Origin: Halodesulfurarchaeum sp.
GTDB lineage: Archaea > Halobacteriota > Halobacteria > Halobacteriales > Halobacteriaceae
Direction: 5' to 3'
DNA: 18,745 nucleotides
Assembly (NCBI GenBank): GCA_042216015.1
Contig: JBDGUI010000017.1
Coordinates: forward strand, 8,357 to 27,101
The notes under the pieces are model-generated. The model had not been told where the DNA came from, made no database searches, and saw only the letters and a program-made list of their open reading frames with translations. Position 1 is the stretch's first letter, and every line of letters starts with the position of its first letter. The position numbers were made by a program, and so were the translations under genes. This document shows, piece by piece, positions 15,714 to 18,745 of this stretch.

Positions 15714-16765
15714 AGACCCTACTGCTCACATCGAGCCAGAACAGCACGGGAAAGACCGCCGTCGGCTTGGCTCTCGGTCGACTCGCACAGGAACGGGGCC
15801 AATCGGTCGGGTACATGAAACCGAAGGGCACACGCCTACAGTCAAACGTGGGCAAGACCCTGGACACAGATCCCATGCTCGCCCGGGAGGTGCTCGGATT
15901 CGAGGCCGAAATGCACGAGATGGAACCGATCGTCTATTCGACGACCTTCGTCGAAGGTGCCATCCGTGGACGCGAAGACGTTTCGGAACTCCACGATCGA
16001 ATCGACGATGCCTTCGAAACCCTCACTGAGGATCGGGACCTCATGGTCGTGGAGGGCGGGGATCACGTCTCGACCGGCAGCATCGTCGACCTCGCTGACG
16101 ACGACCTTGCCTTCGGATTCGACGCGGATGTGCTTCTGCTCGAGCGGCTCGAGTCCGTCAACGACATCGATCGACTGCTCGGTGTGGCCGAGCAACTCGA
16201 GGACTGCATCGCCGGGATCGTCTTCAACGGCGTGACCGACGCCATGTTCGATCTCGTCGAATCGGACATCGTTCCATTCCTCGAGGCACGGGACATCCCC
16301 GTGCTCGGCGTCATCCCCCACAATCGGGAACTGGCAGGCGTGACCGTGGCCGATCTCTCGGACGAACTCGGGGGAAGCGTCCTCACCGGAACGGATGAGG
16401 AGGTGTTCATCGAACGGGTTCTCGTGGGTGCAATGGGGGGAGAAGCGGCCCTGTCGCACTTCCGACGAACCAAGGACGCCGCTGTCGTCACTGGCGGCGA
16501 CCGGGCGGATATCCAGCGTGCCGCACTCGAAGCACCTGGAGTCAACGCGTTGATTCTAACCGGGGGATTCGAGCCACCGGGAGCGGTACTCGGAACCGCA
16601 AGCGAGCGAAACGTCCCGGTGCTGTCCGTCCAGACGGACACGCTCGCGACAGTCGAACGTGCCGAACAGCTCATTCGCGGGGGACGGGTCCGAGATGCAC
16701 GAACCATCGAAACCATGCGCGAATTGCTGCACGACCACGTCGATATCGAGCCGCTGCTTTCCTGA
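15710..16765 (+). CDS. Phosphotransacetylase N-terminal-like protein (BioD-like P-loop plus DRTGG domain), no catalytic PTA domain
   Basis: STGKT P-loop, GYMKP, VVEGG, VGAM, VTGGDRADIQ, LILTGG; ATGA overlap with the ligase stop. Confidence 0.88.
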   Translation: MKTLLLTSSQNSTGKTAVGLALGRLAQERGQSVGYMKPKGTRLQSNVGKTLDTDPMLAREVLGFEAEMHEMEPIVYSTTFVEGAIRGREDVSELHDRIDDAFETLTEDRDLMVVEGGDHVSTGSIVDLADDDLAFGFDADVLLLERLESVNDIDRLLGVAEQLEDCIAGIVFNGVTDAMFDLVESDIVPFLEARDIPVLGVIPHNRELAGVTVADLSDELGGSVLTGTDEEVFIERVLVGAMGGEAALSHFRRTKDAAVVTGGDRADIQRAALEAPGVNALILTGGFEPPGAVLGTASERNVPVLSVQTDTLATVERAEQLIRGGRVRDARTIETMRELLHDHVDIEPLLS

Positions 16766-16817
16766 CCGGCGATCCGTCGGTTAAACAGTTAAGGGGGTCC
16801 GGTCACTCCCCTTGGGT

Positions 16818-17108
16818 ATGGACGTGGAACCGCAGGAAATCACGAGCATCGTGGGGCGGGAGGTCTACTCGAACAACGGCGTCTTCGTGGGGGAAGTCGA
16901 AGATCTCAGACTGGACCTCGATACCGAAGTGGTGAACGGGCTTGCGGTCTCGACGCTCAATCCAACCCTCTTCGGCAACACGGAGACCGGTTCGAAGGGC
17001 GTCATCATTCCCTATAGATGGGTCCGCTCGGTCGGGGACGTCATCCTCATCAGCGACGTGATCGAGCGGCTCCGAGACGAGGACGCGGAGGACGAAGCGC
17101 TGGCCTGA
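16818..17108 (+). CDS. cdpB1: PRC-barrel domain protein, probable cell-division protein CdpB1-like
   Basis: EITSIVGREVYSNNGVFVGEVEDLRLD ... VIIPYRWVRSVGDVILI PRC-barrel; convergent with a TrkA-N/DHH gene, as I recall for Haloferax cdpB1; GTTAAG about 27 nt upstream of ATG 16818. Paralog assignment not verified. Confidence 0.75.
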   Translation: MDVEPQEITSIVGREVYSNNGVFVGEVEDLRLDLDTEVVNGLAVSTLNPTLFGNTETGSKGVIIPYRWVRSVGDVILISDVIERLRDEDAEDEALA

Positions 17109-18560
17109 CTAGCTCCCGTTCGAACTGTTCTCCTGTTCGACGCCCATCGCCTCGAAGAGCGTCCGGGTCACGGCCTCGCCGGTGAGGGAGAGGAGTGTCT
17201 CACGGTTCTCCTGGGTCGTCTCGATCCCGGTGAAAATCCCGAGTGAAACCTCCGCACTCGCCTGCGTGGAGTGACCCGCTGCCTCCCCGATATCGGCGAA
17301 TTCCTCCTGGAGAACCGATCCGATGTTGAGTCGGATATCCTTCGAACGAGCCGCCAGGTAGATGGTATCATCGATGATCCCGAAGACGGCAGTCGTGGTG
17401 ACTCCCTCGAGATTGAGGAGCTGTTGGGCCGCCTGTGCCAGGGCGTCCCGGGAGTTGATGAACCCCGCATTTGACACGAGATGACTCCCCTGGACTTCCC
17501 GGTTCGCGATTGCCTCCGCGAGCACGTCGAGTGTCTCCGGACTCATGTTCGGTGACTCGACCTGCTCGAGCGTGTCGTGATTCGCAAACGGGTAGAGATA
17601 GGCCGCCGCAGTGAGGTCCGCGGGTGTTGTGTCCCGACGGAAATCGTAGGTCTCTGCCCGGATGCCATAGAGCAGGGCCGTCGCGACGGTTTCGCTGACG
17701 GTCATGTCGAATTCCTGCAGGTACTTGGTCAAGATCGTCGAGGTGGCACTGACGTTGGGACGGACGTCCGTGAAGTCCGCGTCGACCTCTCCCTCGGCCT
17801 CGAAGTGGTCGATGTAGATGTCGATGGTGGCGTCGATGGAGACCGTCCCGGCCTTTGCCTGATCGACCATCGCAAACGTGTCGTACTCCTCGATGTCGAC
17901 GGCGTCGTGATGTGTCAGCTCGATGTCTAAGAGATTGACGAAGGCGCGGTTCTCCTGGTGGCCGATGTCACCGAAGTAGAGAATGTCGGCCTCGACGTCG
18001 AGGTGTTCGGCGATCGCCTCGAGGGCGGCGGCACTCGCGATCGAGTCGGGGTCAGGATTGTCGTGGGTGAGAATTGCGACCTTCCCCTTCGCCCCAGTCA
18101 ACACGTCGGCCAGATTCCGCGCTTTATACTCGAGTTCGCCCGATTCGAGCGCCCGGAGGGCCGCATCGGAGATGACCGAGGAGGGGTTGATGACCACGTC
18201 CGCCCCCAGTTCCGAGAGTTCGTCGCTCGTGACCGGATCGCTCGCGCGTGCGACGATAAATTGTTCCTCGTGCCGGGTGCGAATGTGTTCGACGGCGGAT
18301 TTGTTGGCCTCGATATCCGATGCCAGGATCAGTGCGACGTCATAGCCCTCGACCTCCTCCCCGATCTCCGGATTACTGATATCGGCCTGACGGGCGTCGA
18401 GGTCCTGATCTCGGAGGGCCTCGACACGCGATTGGTCCTTGTCGAGAATGAGTACCTCCTTCCCCCGTTCGACCAGTTCCTCGGCCACCGAATGGCCGAC
18501 GCTCCCACACCCGAGAATGACATACGAAGACATCGAGGAGATTGTGCCGCGTGTACTCAT
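17109..18560 (-). CDS. TrkA-N (RCK) domain plus DHH/DHHA1 family phosphoesterase-like protein
   Basis: GCGSVG nucleotide-binding motif and DVVINP (RCK-N); HDNPDPDSIAS, IDHF and AAGH DHH/DHHA1 motifs; start at 18560 preferred because TTAA lies about 27-30 nt upstream (alternative 18581). Confidence 0.88.
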   Translation of the reverse strand: MSTRGTISSMSSYVILGCGSVGHSVAEELVERGKEVLILDKDQSRVEALRDQDLDARQADISNPEIGEEVEGYDVALILASDIEANKSAVEHIRTRHEEQFIVARASDPVTSDELSELGADVVINPSSVISDAALRALESGELEYKARNLADVLTGAKGKVAILTHDNPDPDSIASAAALEAIAEHLDVEADILYFGDIGHQENRAFVNLLDIELTHHDAVDIEEYDTFAMVDQAKAGTVSIDATIDIYIDHFEAEGEVDADFTDVRPNVSATSTILTKYLQEFDMTVSETVATALLYGIRAETYDFRRDTTPADLTAAAYLYPFANHDTLEQVESPNMSPETLDVLAEAIANREVQGSHLVSNAGFINSRDALAQAAQQLLNLEGVTTTAVFGIIDDTIYLAARSKDIRLNIGSVLQEEFADIGEAAGHSTQASAEVSLGIFTGIETTQENRETLLSLTGEAVTRTLFEAMGVEQENSSNGS

Positions 18561-18666
18561 CGAATCAGTATTCCGGGCCATCGAACTTAACCCCCACGAC
18601 GCTTCACGGCCGTCGACGGCTTCGAGTCAGAACGTATTTGTCGGGGGACGTTCCAAGGGTTGGTGA

Positions 18667-18740
18667 GGGCCGGTAGCTCAGTCCGGCAGAGCGTCTGACT
18701 CTTAATCAGACGGTCGCGTGTTCAAATCGCGCCCGGCCCG
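18667..18740 (+). tRNA. tRNA-Lys (anticodon CTT)
   Basis: Acceptor GGGCCGG/CCGGCCC plus discriminator G; D-arm GCTC/GAGC; anticodon arm TCTGA-CTCTTAA-TCAGA (CTT at 18701-18703); T-arm GCGTG-TTCAAAT-CGCGC; no encoded CCA; followed by a T-run. Confidence 0.97.
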
Positions 18741-18745
18741 CTTTT

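Noticed and set aside
11014..18740. Integrated element or provirus bounded by the recombinase and tRNA-Lys
   Set aside because: No duplication of the tRNA-Lys 3' end was found, the intervening genes are housekeeping, and there are no viral or plasmid genes. The tRNA-like element at 11149 differs in sequence from tRNA-Lys.

Overview
Core chromosomal segment of a halophilic archaeon (class Halobacteria), judged from the GC-rich DNA, highly acidic proteins and leaderless-type promoters with a TATA element about 27-30 nt before the ATG. Gene order: NOL1/NOP2/Sun m5C RNA methyltransferase with a coupled PUA-like partner, a Tat lipoprotein, grpE-dnaK-dnaJ, GNAT acetyltransferase, geranylgeranyl reductase, aldo/keto reductase, CysD-like protein (-), AbrB-PhoU regulator (-), a ~1 kb AT-rich non-coding region, a small RHH/wHTH protein coupled to a Xer-like tyrosine recombinase, ADP-forming acetate-CoA ligase coupled to a Pta-N/DRTGG protein, PRC-barrel CdpB1-like protein, TrkA-N/DHH protein (-) and tRNA-Lys(CTT). 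The most interesting part is the non-coding region 11014-12052. It holds (i) a 28-bp dif-like site (11-6-11, ATAA-N6-TTAT) just upstream of the recombinase operon promoter, (ii) a 41-nt tRNA-like minihelix (acceptor stem plus canonical T-arm, no D or anticodon arm), (iii) two near-identical TCCAC-N6-GTGGAG palindromes inside longer hairpins and (iv) short direct and roughly phased repeats. Together these suggest a dif / DNA-binding protein / Xer module, possibly with a structured ncRNA. All calls come from reading the sequence; no database searches were run.
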